Shown: positions 1 through 9,118 of the stretch, piece after piece
Position numbering within the stretch: position 1 is the first letter of the stretch
How the letters are laid out: the number at the start of each line of letters is the position of its first letter
NCBI GenBank assembly: GCA_031459935.1
Contig: JAVKHN010000001.1
Location: 23,388 to 87,387, forward strand
Direction of reading: 5' to 3'
DNA length: 64,000 bases
Source: Candidatus Sysuimicrobium calidum
GTDB taxonomy: Bacteria; Sysuimicrobiota; Sysuimicrobiia; Sysuimicrobiales; Sysuimicrobiaceae
The notes under the pieces: generated by a model
What the model saw: only the letters and a program-made list of their open reading frames with translations
Told to the model about the DNA's origin: nothing
The model's database searches: none
Position numbers and translations under genes: made by a program

Positions 1-1
1 C

Positions 2-826
2 GTGATCGACGTCCTGGTGGAGAAGGTGGGGATCACGGAACCCTCGCCGGAGCGGTTCCTGGAGGAGGCGGTGGAGCGGGAACGGCCGCTTGTGGTGGTC
101 ACGGTGGTTGGACCGGAGGAATCCCCGCAGCTCGGGCGGCGCCTCGTGGTCTACCCGGATGGTACCCGGGAAGGGAGTCTCGGACGGGCAGAGGTCGATG
201 CGCAAGCTGCTTCGCGGGCGCAGGAAACGCTGCGAGTTGGAAAGCCGGCCCGCGCGATCCTCGGGGAGTTGGAGCTCTTCTTCGAGCCCCTCCAGCCGCC
301 CCTGCGGTTGGTGGTGTGCGGGGCTGGGCACGACGCCATCCCTGTGGTGCGCCTGGCACAGGAGCTGGGCTTCCGACCCGTGGTGGTGGACCGGAGGGAG
401 AAGTTCCTCACCCGGGAGCGGTTCCCGGAGGCGCACGGATTCCTACACACGGAGTTCCCGGAGGCCGCACAAGCGATCCAGCCGGATCCCAGAACCTGCG
501 TGGTGGTGATGACCCACAACTACCTGCACGACAAGAACCTCATCCGCTCGCTGCTCACCTACCCCACTCCGCCCGCCTACCTGGGGCTTCTGGGTCCCCG
601 GCAGCGCACCCAGAAGATCCTGCGGGAGCTGGAGGCGGAAGGCATAAAGCCAAGCCCGGAACTGAAGGAACGGATCTACGCGCCGGTGGGCCTTGACATC
701 GGGGCGGAGGGGCCAGAGCAGATCGCCCTCGCCATCCTGGCGGAGATCCTGGCGGCCCTGAACGGCCGGAAGGCGGGATTCCTGCGGGATCGCCCCGCCC
801 CCATCCACGAGCCACTCCCCGTGTGA
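2..826 (+). CDS. XdhC/CoxI family molybdo-enzyme maturation (Mo-cofactor insertion) protein; possibly 5'-truncated by window edge
   Basis: 274-aa ORF. Rossmann-like GxGxxA motif (VVCGAGHDAIPVVRLAQELGF) and C-terminal XdhC-like region (YAPVGLDIGAEGPEQIALAILAEIL). ORF opens at window position 2 with GTG. Confidence 0.72.
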   Translation: MIDVLVEKVGITEPSPERFLEEAVERERPLVVVTVVGPEESPQLGRRLVVYPDGTREGSLGRAEVDAQAASRAQETLRVGKPARAILGELELFFEPLQPPLRLVVCGAGHDAIPVVRLAQELGFRPVVVDRREKFLTRERFPEAHGFLHTEFPEAAQAIQPDPRTCVVVMTHNYLHDKNLIRSLLTYPTPPAYLGLLGPRQRTQKILRELEAEGIKPSPELKERIYAPVGLDIGAEGPEQIALAILAEILAALNGRKAGFLRDRPAPIHEPLPV

Positions 827-1410
827 GCGGGCTCGCCTGTGTCGTGCTGGCGGCGGGCAGCAGCCGCCGCATGGGGCAGCCGAAGCTCCTGCTGCGCCTG
901 GGGGGAAAGACCCTCCTGCGTCGGGCGGTGGAAACGGCCCTCGGGGTCTGCGGCCGCGTGGCGGTGGTCGTGGGACCAGAGGCGGACCGCATGCGGGCGG
1001 AGCTGCAGGATCTTCCCGTGGAGGTGGTGGAGAACCCGGAACACGAGCTGGGGCTCAGCACCTCCCTCCGACGGGGGATCGAGGCCGTGGCGGAGGCGGA
1101 GGCGGTGCTCCTGCTGCTCGCGGACCAGCCCGCCCTGACCCCCCAACACCTGCAGCGCCTCGTGGAGACCTGGCGGCGAAGCGGAGCACGGATCGTCGCC
1201 TGCACGTACCGCGGAACCGTAGGCCCGCCGACCCTCTTCCATCGCACGCTGCTCCCGGAATTGAAAGCTCTGCGGGGGGATGTGGGAGCTAAGCCGATCC
1301 TGGAAGCCCACCGGGACGAAGCGATCTTCGTACCCCTGGAGGAGGCGGCCCTGGACGTGGATACCCCGGAGGACTGGGTCAGGGTGCAGGAAAGCATTCG
1401 GCCCTCCTGA
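823..1410 (+). CDS. MobA-like NTP transferase, molybdenum cofactor cytidylyl/guanylyltransferase (MocA/MobA family)
   Basis: N-terminal VVLAAGSSRRMGQPKLL nucleotidyltransferase motif. GTG start overlaps the XdhC stop (GTGA). Confidence 0.75.
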   Translation: MSGLACVVLAAGSSRRMGQPKLLLRLGGKTLLRRAVETALGVCGRVAVVVGPEADRMRAELQDLPVEVVENPEHELGLSTSLRRGIEAVAEAEAVLLLLADQPALTPQHLQRLVETWRRSGARIVACTYRGTVGPPTLFHRTLLPELKALRGDVGAKPILEAHRDEAIFVPLEEAALDVDTPEDWVRVQESIRPS

Positions 1411-1424
1411 TCTGCGGATCCATG

Positions 1425-1513
1425 CTGAACACACGTTTGGCAGGAGCAGGTATCCCCCTGCTTGAACAATATGTCTGACCGTCTGACCAAATTGACCCAA
1501 GGGGGTGACCGTG
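1425..1513 (+). promoter_or_regulatory. Conserved ~85-nt leader element (copy A) upstream of Liv-type solute-binding protein gene
   Basis: GAACACACGTTTGGCAGGAG ... TGTCTGACCGTCTG ... GGTGACCGTG. Near-identical blocks recur at 6136-6220. Confidence 0.4.
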
Positions 1514-2725
1514 GTGCGGTTGCCGAAGCGGGGCGGGTGGCTGCTCTGGATCTTGCTGGTCCTCTTCGCCGTCGGGCCGGTTCAGATGGGCTCGAGCGCT
1601 CCGGCGAGGAGTCCCATCCTGGTGGGCGGTACCCTGGGGCTCACCGGGCCCTTCTCCGGTCCCTCTGCCGTGTACAAGGCCGTCTACGAGTACTGGGTCA
1701 GCCGGGTAAACCGGGAGGGCGGGCTTTTGGGCCGTCCGGTGCGGCTCATCCTCTACGACGACGAGGGCAAGCCCGCAGTGGCCCAGGCCCTCTACCAGCG
1801 GCTGCTGAAGGAGGACAACGTGGACCTAGTCCTAGCGCCCTACACCACCCTCGTGGGTGGAGCCGTGATCCCCATCGTGGAGTCCGCGGGCAAGGTCCTG
1901 TGGAACGGGGGGTTCGTGGGCATCGAGCTCTTCAAGAAGTCCCGGTGGTTGGTGGGCGCGTACGCCTACCAGGAGCCCGATTACCCGCGCGGGATCTTCG
2001 AGCTCATTGACAGCCTCCCGCCCCAGCAGAGGCCCCGGCGCATCGGCGTGGTCACGGAGCAGAACCCCTTCACCCTCGTGGTGAAGAACGGGTACCAGGG
2101 GTATGGCGGCGTGCTCGGGTTCGCCCGGCAGCGCAACATCCCCGTGGTGCTGAACGAAGAGTTCGCCCCCACGGTGACGGACGTGAGCGGGCTCATCCAG
2201 CGCGCGAAGGCGGCCAACGTGGACCTCTTCTTCGCTCTGGCCCTCCCGAATCCCGCGGCCCTGCTGGCCCGCACCGCGCACGAGCTGGGATTCAAACCCG
2301 CCATCTACTGCCAGTGTGGATCTCAGGTGACCATGCTTCCGTACTGGCGCAACCTCGGGCCGGCTGCGGAGGGCGTCATGGGCACCACCATCTCCTGGCA
2401 TACGGATCGCTACAAGGAAGTCAGTACCCTCCATGCGCTGCTCCAGCGGATGGGGTATCCGGAACTCCCCTCCTACGCCACCGTGGCCCTCACCATCCTC
2501 CAGGTGATGGAACAGGCGGTGAAAGCCACTGGTACCCTCGACCAAGCAAAGCTGCGTGCATACGTGGTAGGGCGAACGTTCGCCACCGCTAACGGTCTCC
2601 TTAAGTACGACAAGGACGGGATCCCCAGTTACAATCAGGTGGTTCTGCAGTTCCTCCGGGGTCGGAACGAGGTGGTGTGGCCTCCCAACCGGGCCACCGG
2701 GAAGCCTATTATCCCCATGCCGTGA
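1505..2725 (+). CDS. ABC transporter substrate-binding protein, branched-chain amino acid (LivK/LivJ-like, PBP type I) family
   Basis: 406 aa with N-terminal signal peptide and hydrophobic stretch. Followed by two ABC ATPases and two Liv-type permeases. Confidence 0.82.
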   Translation: MTVVRLPKRGGWLLWILLVLFAVGPVQMGSSAPARSPILVGGTLGLTGPFSGPSAVYKAVYEYWVSRVNREGGLLGRPVRLILYDDEGKPAVAQALYQRLLKEDNVDLVLAPYTTLVGGAVIPIVESAGKVLWNGGFVGIELFKKSRWLVGAYAYQEPDYPRGIFELIDSLPPQQRPRRIGVVTEQNPFTLVVKNGYQGYGGVLGFARQRNIPVVLNEEFAPTVTDVSGLIQRAKAANVDLFFALALPNPAALLARTAHELGFKPAIYCQCGSQVTMLPYWRNLGPAAEGVMGTTISWHTDRYKEVSTLHALLQRMGYPELPSYATVALTILQVMEQAVKATGTLDQAKLRAYVVGRTFATANGLLKYDKDGIPSYNQVVLQFLRGRNEVVWPPNRATGKPIIPMP

Positions 2726-3459
2726 GCCGTCCGTTGCTCAGCGCGCGGAACCTCGTGAGGCGCTTCGGCGGAGTCGTGGCCGTGGACCGGGTGTCCTTCG
2801 ACCTGGAGGCGGGGGTTGTACTGGGCATCATCGGCCCCAACGGCTCGGGCAAAACGACCCTGCTGAACCTCCTCAACGGGGTGTATCCGCCGGATGCGGG
2901 GGAGGTATGGCTTGCGGGCCGTCGGGTGGAGGGGGGGCCGCCGCAGCGACTGGCCGACCTGGGAGTCATGCGGACCTTCCAGACCACCCGGGTGTTTCGG
3001 AGCCTCACCGTGCTGCAGAACATGCTGGTTCCCCTCCTGCACCGGCCTACGCGGATGCACGAGGCCCGCAACAGAGCTATAGAGCTCCTCGCCTCCGTGG
3101 GGCTGGCGGAGTACGCCCACGTCCCGGCCAGCCAGCTCTCCGGAGGACAGCAGCGGCTATTGGAATTCGTGCGTGCCCTCATGACCGAACCGCGCGTGGT
3201 GCTCATGGACGAGCCCTTTGCGGGCGTGCATCCGGACGCCATCGAGGTCCTCACACGGCGGGTGGAGGCCCTTCGGAAGGAGGGCGCATCCTTCGTGGTG
3301 GTGAGCCATGAGATCCCGGTGCTGATGTCCCTGAGCCAGCGCGTTCTGTGCCTCAACCAGGGACGTGTGATCGCGGACGGCACTCCGGAGGAGGTGGCCC
3401 GCAACGAGGCCGTGGTGGAGGCGTATCTGGGAGATGGACGTGTACGGGAGGTCTCCTGA
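2722..3459 (+). CDS. ABC transporter ATP-binding protein (LivG-like)
   Basis: Walker A GPNGSGKTTLLN, signature LSGGQQRLLE, Walker B VLMDEP. Proposed GTG start overlaps upstream stop; the longer ORF start at 2677 is unlikely. Confidence 0.85.
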   Translation: MSRPLLSARNLVRRFGGVVAVDRVSFDLEAGVVLGIIGPNGSGKTTLLNLLNGVYPPDAGEVWLAGRRVEGGPPQRLADLGVMRTFQTTRVFRSLTVLQNMLVPLLHRPTRMHEARNRAIELLASVGLAEYAHVPASQLSGGQQRLLEFVRALMTEPRVVLMDEPFAGVHPDAIEVLTRRVEALRKEGASFVVVSHEIPVLMSLSQRVLCLNQGRVIADGTPEEVARNEAVVEAYLGDGRVREVS

Positions 3460-4165
3460 GATCCGCGTGGTGGACGTGGAGGCCGGATACTACCCGGAGC
3501 AGACCGTCCTGCAGGGTGTGCACCTCGTGGCCCGCCCCGGACAGCTCACGGCTCTTCTGGGCCCCAACGGCTCCGGGAAGTCTACGGTGCTGCGGGTGGT
3601 GTACGGCCTCCTCCGACCCCGGCGAGGTGCCGTGTGGGTGGACGGGAAGGATGTAAGCCAGGTGCCTGCACACCAGCGGGTGGGTCTTGGCATGGGATAT
3701 CTTCCCCAGGGTCGGAGTGTGTTCCCCAGCCTCACCGTGGAGGAGAACCTGGAGGTGGGGACCTGGACCCTGCTGCGGGTCGCCCGGCGAGCCGCCCTGG
3801 ACCGGGTATACGAGCGGTATCCCGCCTTGAGGGCCTGGCGGGACCGGCCGGCCGGAATTCTCAGCGGGGGACAGCAGCGCATGGTGGAGATCGCCCGCAT
3901 GATGGTCACCGATCCCCGGGTGATCCTCCTGGACGAACCCACCGCGGGCCTGGCGCCGGTGGCCGCGCAGGAGGTCTACGAGGAGGTGGCCCGACTGCGT
4001 CGCGAGGGACGCACGGTGCTGCTGGTGGATCAGAACGTCCGGGCTGCGGTATCCCTTGCGGACTACGTCTATACCCTGGCCTTTGGCCGCAATCAGCTGG
4101 AGGGAACGAGGGAGGAGTTCCAGCAGCGGATGCACGCGGTGGTCCGGGAGTGGCTGCGGGTGTGA
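3434..4165 (+). CDS. ABC transporter ATP-binding protein (LivF-like)
   Basis: Walker A GPNGSGKSTVLR, signature LSGGQQRMVE, Walker B ILLDEP. Confidence 0.85.
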   Translation: MDVYGRSPEIRVVDVEAGYYPEQTVLQGVHLVARPGQLTALLGPNGSGKSTVLRVVYGLLRPRRGAVWVDGKDVSQVPAHQRVGLGMGYLPQGRSVFPSLTVEENLEVGTWTLLRVARRAALDRVYERYPALRAWRDRPAGILSGGQQRMVEIARMMVTDPRVILLDEPTAGLAPVAAQEVYEEVARLRREGRTVLLVDQNVRAAVSLADYVYTLAFGRNQLEGTREEFQQRMHAVVREWLRV

Positions 4166-4174
4166 GGTGAAGGG

Positions 4175-5053
4175 ATGCCCCTCACGCTGCTGACGGAGGC
4201 TGTGGTCAACGGCGTGCTCCTGGGCCTGGTGTATGCCCTGATCTCCGTGGGCCTCAGCCTCACCCTGGGCGTGCTGGGGGTGGTGAACATGGCCCATAGT
4301 GCGTTCGTCATGCTGGGTTCCTTTTTCGCCCTGGAGCTGCTCTTGCGGTTGGGAGCCCCGCCGATGCTCTCGGTGCTGGCCGCGGCCCCTCTGTTCTTCG
4401 GAGTTGGGATGGCGGTGGACCGGCTGCTGCTCCGGCGTACCGCGTCCACCTCGGAGGCCATGGGCCTGCTCGTGCTGTTCGGCCTCATGCTGGTGCTAGA
4501 GAACGGGGCCATCCTGGTGTGGACCACGGATACCCGGGTCCTGCCGTGGCAGATGGGCCAGATGGTGCTAGCAATGGGTGGGCTCCGGGTCTCCTTCGGG
4601 CGCCTGCTGGCTGCGGGCCTTGCTTTGACGATGATTCTTGTCCTGGACTTTTTGCTGCGCCGCACCCTACTGGGAAAGGTGGTGCGCGCAGTCGGGCAGA
4701 ATCCGGACGCGGCCGCGGTGCTCGGCGTGGACGTGACACGGATCTCCATGGTGGTGGTAGGGGCCGGCGTAGCCACGGCCGCCATGGGGGGTGTGGCTGT
4801 GGCCATGATGTTCCCGTTCGCGCCGCAGGAACACCTGCGGTGGCTCGCCTGGGCCTTCCTCCTGGTGATCGTAGGAGGTCTGGGGAGAGTGCGGAACACG
4901 CTGGTGGCGGGACTGCTGGTCGGCCAGCTGGAGGCGCTCAGCGGAATTCTCCTCCCCTTCCAGTACGTGTACGCGGTGGTGTACGCGTTCCTGGCCATCA
5001 CCCTGATCCTCCGCGGGCGCGGGCTGCAAGCTGCACAGGAGCGGACTCTCTAG
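4175..5053 (+). CDS. Branched-chain amino acid ABC transporter permease (LivH-like)
   Basis: 292-aa polytopic membrane protein, directly downstream of the ATPases. Confidence 0.8.
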   Translation: MPLTLLTEAVVNGVLLGLVYALISVGLSLTLGVLGVVNMAHSAFVMLGSFFALELLLRLGAPPMLSVLAAAPLFFGVGMAVDRLLLRRTASTSEAMGLLVLFGLMLVLENGAILVWTTDTRVLPWQMGQMVLAMGGLRVSFGRLLAAGLALTMILVLDFLLRRTLLGKVVRAVGQNPDAAAVLGVDVTRISMVVVGAGVATAAMGGVAVAMMFPFAPQEHLRWLAWAFLLVIVGGLGRVRNTLVAGLLVGQLEALSGILLPFQYVYAVVYAFLAITLILRGRGLQAAQERTL

Positions 5054-5057
5054 CGCG

Positions 5058-6074
5058 ATGCGATCCTCTACCTGGACGGAATCCTGGACGACAGAACCCA
5101 CCCGGGCCAATCGCTGGCCCGTTGTAGGGGGCATGGCGGTTCTGGGCCTGACCGTGGGGATCGGGCTGTGGGCGGAGGGCCTGGGCCTTCTCAGTACGCT
5201 GACCAACGTGTTCCTGTTCCTCCTCCTCACCCAGGCCTGGAACCTTCTGGGGGGCTATGCAGGCTACCTGAACCTCGCCATGGCCGTGTTCTTCGGGGTC
5301 GGCGCCTACACCACGGGCATCCTGGCTCACAGGGGGAATTGGCCGCCCCTGCTGACGGCCCCGCTGGGGGGCCTGGTGGCGGTGCTCTGGGCGGCGGCCG
5401 TGGGCGTACCGAGCCTGCGGGTGCGGGGTCCCTACTTCGCCGTCCTCACCATGATCCTGGGATTCCTGGCCCAGGTGCTCGCCTACAACGTTCCCTGGAC
5501 CCGCGGCGCCATGGGGATCTACGTGTCCCCGCTGCCCTGGGATCGGCGGGTGGTGGAGCAATTCTTCTATTTCACGTACCTGGGGCTTGCCCTGCTGGTC
5601 ACGGGGATGGCGGCGCGGATCCAGTCCTCCCGCTTCGGGGCCGCCCTGGTGGCCGTGCGGGAGGACGAGGTGGCGGCGGGAGTCCTCGGAGTGCGAACCA
5701 CGTGGGTGAAGGTGGCGGCCCTGCTGCTGGGCGCTTTCTGGGCGGGCGTGGCCGGGGGTCTGTACACCCAGCGGATCGGGTACATCGAGCCCACGGGGGT
5801 CTTCAGCCTGGACATCTCCGTGGACGTGGTCCTCATGGCCATGGTGGGCGGTGCGGGAACCTGGCAGGGGCCGCTCCTGGGTGTCCCTCTCGTCATGCTG
5901 GTGGCGGAACTGCTGCGGGTGGGTGTGGTGCATCTGGGCCTGTTTGGAGCACGGATTCCGGTGGAGTTCAACCGGGTGGTGTTCGGTGCGGCCCTGATCT
6001 TTATCGCCCTGTACGCACCTCAGGGCCTGATGGGGCTTATACGTCCCTTCCGCGGGCGTCGGTTGGGGGTGTAG
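5058..6074 (+). CDS. Branched-chain amino acid ABC transporter permease (LivM-like)
   Basis: 338-aa polytopic membrane protein; operon context. Confidence 0.8.
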   Translation: MRSSTWTESWTTEPTRANRWPVVGGMAVLGLTVGIGLWAEGLGLLSTLTNVFLFLLLTQAWNLLGGYAGYLNLAMAVFFGVGAYTTGILAHRGNWPPLLTAPLGGLVAVLWAAAVGVPSLRVRGPYFAVLTMILGFLAQVLAYNVPWTRGAMGIYVSPLPWDRRVVEQFFYFTYLGLALLVTGMAARIQSSRFGAALVAVREDEVAAGVLGVRTTWVKVAALLLGAFWAGVAGGLYTQRIGYIEPTGVFSLDISVDVVLMAMVGGAGTWQGPLLGVPLVMLVAELLRVGVVHLGLFGARIPVEFNRVVFGAALIFIALYAPQGLMGLIRPFRGRRLGV

Positions 6075-6135
6075 TGCGGACGGGATACCCCGGTCCCGGA
6101 TCCGGCGAGCCCGCCTATCCCCGCCCTCCGCTTGC

Positions 6136-6220
6136 GAACACAGGTTTGGCAGGAGGAGAGTCCCTTCATGGCGTAGGGTTTTGTCTGATGATCTGCTGAA
6201 CAGGCGGGAAGGTGAGCGTG
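6136..6220 (+). promoter_or_regulatory. Conserved ~85-nt leader element (copy B) upstream of TAXI TRAP solute-binding protein gene
   Basis: GAACACAGGTTTGGCAGGAG ... TGTCTGATGATCTG ... GGTGAGCGTG. Matches the 1427-1513 copy at 19 of 20 positions in the first block; both end in a GTG start followed by GTG CGG codons. Confidence 0.4.
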
Positions 6221-7207
6221 GTGCGGCGGAGATGGCAGGTGGGGATGATCGTCGTGCTGCTCATGGCCCTGGGCCCCGCTGGGGCTTTCGCGGGTCCCGT
6301 GGAACGCCTGACCATCCTGGGAGGGCCGGCCGCGGGGGTATTTAATGTGTTCGCCACGGGCCTCGCCACGTTCCTGTCACGGAGCGTACCCGGCATGGAG
6401 GTAACGGTGGCGGCCACCGGGGGGTCTGTGGAGAATGTGCGGCGGGTGAACGGAAAGGAGGCCGAGCTCGCGGTAGCCTTCGCGAGCGACGTCCATGAAG
6501 GGTACTACGGACTCGAGGCTTTCCAGGGCAACCCGCAGCGTAACATCCGGGCCATCGGGCTTCTTTTCATCGGCGTGGGGCACTTCGTCGCCTACAAGGA
6601 CAGCGGGATCCGGACCGTCGGGGACCTTGCGGGAAAGCGTGTGGCGGTGGGGTCTCCGGGCTCCGGCACCTTCGCGAACGCCCAGCGCGTTCTCACGGAG
6701 CTGGGCCTGTGGGATCGCATCCAGCGGGTGCCGCTCCTGGGATCTGCCGCGGCCGCAGCGCTGCGGGACGGGCGGGTGGATGCTTTCTTCTTCACGGCTC
6801 CCTATCCGGATCGGGCCACCATCGAGGCCGCCATCGCCAGGGAAGTACACCTCCTGGATCTGTACGGTCCCCTTTCCCGCACGGAGTTCTTCCGGAAGTA
6901 CCCGTACTTCATCCGGTACGTGATCCCGAGCCGGGGCTACCACGGGCTCACGGACTCTGTGAGCACCATCGGCATCCCGGGCCTGTGGTTTACGCACCGG
7001 GACGTCTCCCCTGCCCTCGTGCGCCGGCTGGTGGCCGCAGCTTACAGCCGTGAGGGCCACGCACATATGCTGCAGGTGCACGCTGCCTCCGCAGACATGA
7101 CCACGCGCCGGGCCCTGCTGGGGGTAAGCATCCCCCTGCACCCTGGTGCGGAGGCCCACTACCGCTCCGTAGGGCTGGAGATCCCGGACGCCATCCGGGC
7201 GCGGTAG
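6212..7207 (+). CDS. TRAP transporter solute-binding protein, TAXI family
   Basis: 331 aa with signal peptide and TAXI-like periplasmic domain. Immediately followed by a fused TRAP permease. Confidence 0.72.
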   Translation: MSVVRRRWQVGMIVVLLMALGPAGAFAGPVERLTILGGPAAGVFNVFATGLATFLSRSVPGMEVTVAATGGSVENVRRVNGKEAELAVAFASDVHEGYYGLEAFQGNPQRNIRAIGLLFIGVGHFVAYKDSGIRTVGDLAGKRVAVGSPGSGTFANAQRVLTELGLWDRIQRVPLLGSAAAAALRDGRVDAFFFTAPYPDRATIEAAIAREVHLLDLYGPLSRTEFFRKYPYFIRYVIPSRGYHGLTDSVSTIGIPGLWFTHRDVSPALVRRLVAAAYSREGHAHMLQVHAASADMTTRRALLGVSIPLHPGAEAHYRSVGLEIPDAIRAR

Positions 7208-7220
7208 TCAGCAGGGAAGC

Positions 7221-9116
7221 ATGCGGAGGCTGGTGGGTCCGTGGGATTGCCTGGTAAGGACAGGCCTCGCGGCCACCGTGGGGTTTTACCTGTGGGCGGC
7301 AGCGGTGGGGGGGACGAGCCTCCAGTACCACCGCGGCATCGCGGTGCTGTTTAGCCTCGCCTCGGCTTTCCTCCTCTATCCGGCCACCCGACGTTCTCCC
7401 CAGGACCGACCCTCGTGGGCAGATGTTCTGCTCGCGGTAGCCTCCTGTGCGGTGGCCGGGTACTGGATCGCACAGTACGAGGCTTTGGCCTACCGGGCGG
7501 GTGCGTTCACTCCCATGGACGTGGCCATGGGGATTCTGGCGCTTGCCCTGAGCGTGGAGGTTACCCGCCGGGTCCTGGGTCCTTCCATGACCGTGGTGGC
7601 TCTGTTGCTGGTGGCCTACGCCCTGTGGGGGAACTACCTGCCCTCCGTGGTGGGCCACCGAGGATTCACCCTCCGCCGGGTGGTGGAGTACTTCTACCTC
7701 ACCCCGGAGGGGCTGTTCGGAGTCATGCCGGACATTCTCGCCAGCTACATCCTGCCCTTTGTAGCCTTCGGGGCGTTCTTGCTGCGGGCAGGAGTGGCGA
7801 AGTTCTTCATGGATCTCTCCATCGCCCTGGTGGGTCGCATGCGGGGCGGTCCCGCTCAGGTAGCGGTGGTGAGCAGTGCCCTGTTCGGGTCTATCAATGG
7901 AAGCCCCGTGGCCAACACCGCCACTACAGGTGCCTTTACCATCCCTCTCATGAAACGGTGCGGCTTTCCCCCACACATCGCGGCCGCGGTGGAAGCGGCC
8001 GCCTCCACGGGCGGGATGATTCTGCCGCCCGTGATGGGCGCAGGCGCCTTCATCATGGCGGAGCTCACCCAGATCCCTTACGCCCGCATCGCGGCGCTTT
8101 CCGCACTCCCCGGCCTGCTGTACTTCCTGGGTGTGGGCGTGATGGTGTACTGCGAGGCCCGCAAGCTGGGCTTGGAAGGGCTTCCGCCGGACCAGATCCC
8201 CCGGCTGCGGGATGTCCTCCGAGCGGGGTGGTACCTCCTGATGCCGTTGGCGGTACTGGTGGTGGTACTGGTCCGCACCACCTCCGCCTCCATGGCGGTG
8301 ATGGCTAGCATCGCCAGCACCGTGCTTGTGAGCTGGCTGCGACCGGAGACCCGGATGGGCCCCCGGGAGATCTGGGGGGCCCTGGTGGATGCAGGCCGCA
8401 GCAGCACCTACGTGGCCGCGGCCACGGGTGCCATTGGAATCGTGGTGGCGATCGTAACCCTCACGGGGATAGGGGTACGCTTTAGCCAGCTGGTCCTGGA
8501 CGTCTCGGGCGGCAACTTGCCGATCGCGCTTTTGCTCGTGGCCGCGGCTAGCTTCGTGCTGGGGATGGGCATGCCCATCACCGCCGCCTACCTGATCCTG
8601 GCCGTGGTGGCGGCCCCCGCTCTCGTGAAGCTCGGTGTGCCGCTTCTGGCGGCCCACATGATCATCTTCTGGCTGAGTCTGGACTCCAACATCACTCCAC
8701 CCGTGGCCTTGGGTGCGGTCACCGCGGCCGCCATCGCTCAGGCGGATCCGTGGCGTACGGGCTGGAACAGCTTCCGGTTCGCCAAGATGATCTACGTCAT
8801 GCCCGTGCTGTTCGCGTACACCCATATCCTCATGACGGGCACCTGGGCGGAGAACCTGTGGGCGGCCGTTTCCTCTGTGGTGGGAACCGTGGCCTTCTCC
8901 ATCATGAGCACAGGCTATTTCCTGGTGCGCACCACCGTGCCGGAGTGGGGGGTGCTGGCGGCAGCCACGGTGCTTTGCTTCATTCCCACCCTGGCCACCG
9001 ATCTGGTGGGAATCGGGCTCTTTGCCCTCGTGTACCTGTGGCAGCGGCGCAGGCGGGTGCACCAAGAGATGGCGGTGCGGGCGGGACTTCCGGCCCGCGC
9101 CGCGGCGGTGAAGTGA
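7221..9116 (+). CDS. TRAP transporter fused permease (DctQ-DctM-like 4TM/12TM fusion)
   Basis: 631-aa highly hydrophobic polytopic protein adjacent to the TAXI solute-binding protein. Confidence 0.8.
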   Translation: MRRLVGPWDCLVRTGLAATVGFYLWAAAVGGTSLQYHRGIAVLFSLASAFLLYPATRRSPQDRPSWADVLLAVASCAVAGYWIAQYEALAYRAGAFTPMDVAMGILALALSVEVTRRVLGPSMTVVALLLVAYALWGNYLPSVVGHRGFTLRRVVEYFYLTPEGLFGVMPDILASYILPFVAFGAFLLRAGVAKFFMDLSIALVGRMRGGPAQVAVVSSALFGSINGSPVANTATTGAFTIPLMKRCGFPPHIAAAVEAAASTGGMILPPVMGAGAFIMAELTQIPYARIAALSALPGLLYFLGVGVMVYCEARKLGLEGLPPDQIPRLRDVLRAGWYLLMPLAVLVVVLVRTTSASMAVMASIASTVLVSWLRPETRMGPREIWGALVDAGRSSTYVAAATGAIGIVVAIVTLTGIGVRFSQLVLDVSGGNLPIALLLVAAASFVLGMGMPITAAYLILAVVAAPALVKLGVPLLAAHMIIFWLSLDSNITPPVALGAVTAAAIAQADPWRTGWNSFRFAKMIYVMPVLFAYTHILMTGTWAENLWAAVSSVVGTVAFSIMSTGYFLVRTTVPEWGVLAAATVLCFIPTLATDLVGIGLFALVYLWQRRRRVHQEMAVRAGLPARAAAVK

Positions 9117-9118
9117 CC

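Noticed and set aside
1437-1455. Reading of the conserved leader block TTTGGCAGGAG as a sigma54 -24/-12 promoter (TGGCAC-N5-TTGCA).
   Set aside because: The GG is present but the -12 GC element is absent at the required spacing in both copies.
6165-6205. Resemblance of leader copy B (GCGTAGGG ... TCTGATGATCTG) to TPP-riboswitch sequence elements.
   Set aside because: The elements are in the wrong order relative to the THI-box consensus, lack the CUGAGA element, and are not shared by copy A.
6990-9065. 691-aa ORF on the minus strand, antisense to the TRAP fused permease. Similar long antisense ORFs: 9518-11338, 20177-22015, 58980-61757, 35826-37364, 32532-33962, 43197-44813, 44843-46348.
   Set aside because: The translations are Arg/Gly/Pro/His-rich and low-complexity with no recognisable domain. 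They overlap, end to end, sense-strand genes that have clear family signatures. Long stop-free antisense frames are expected at about 70% GC.
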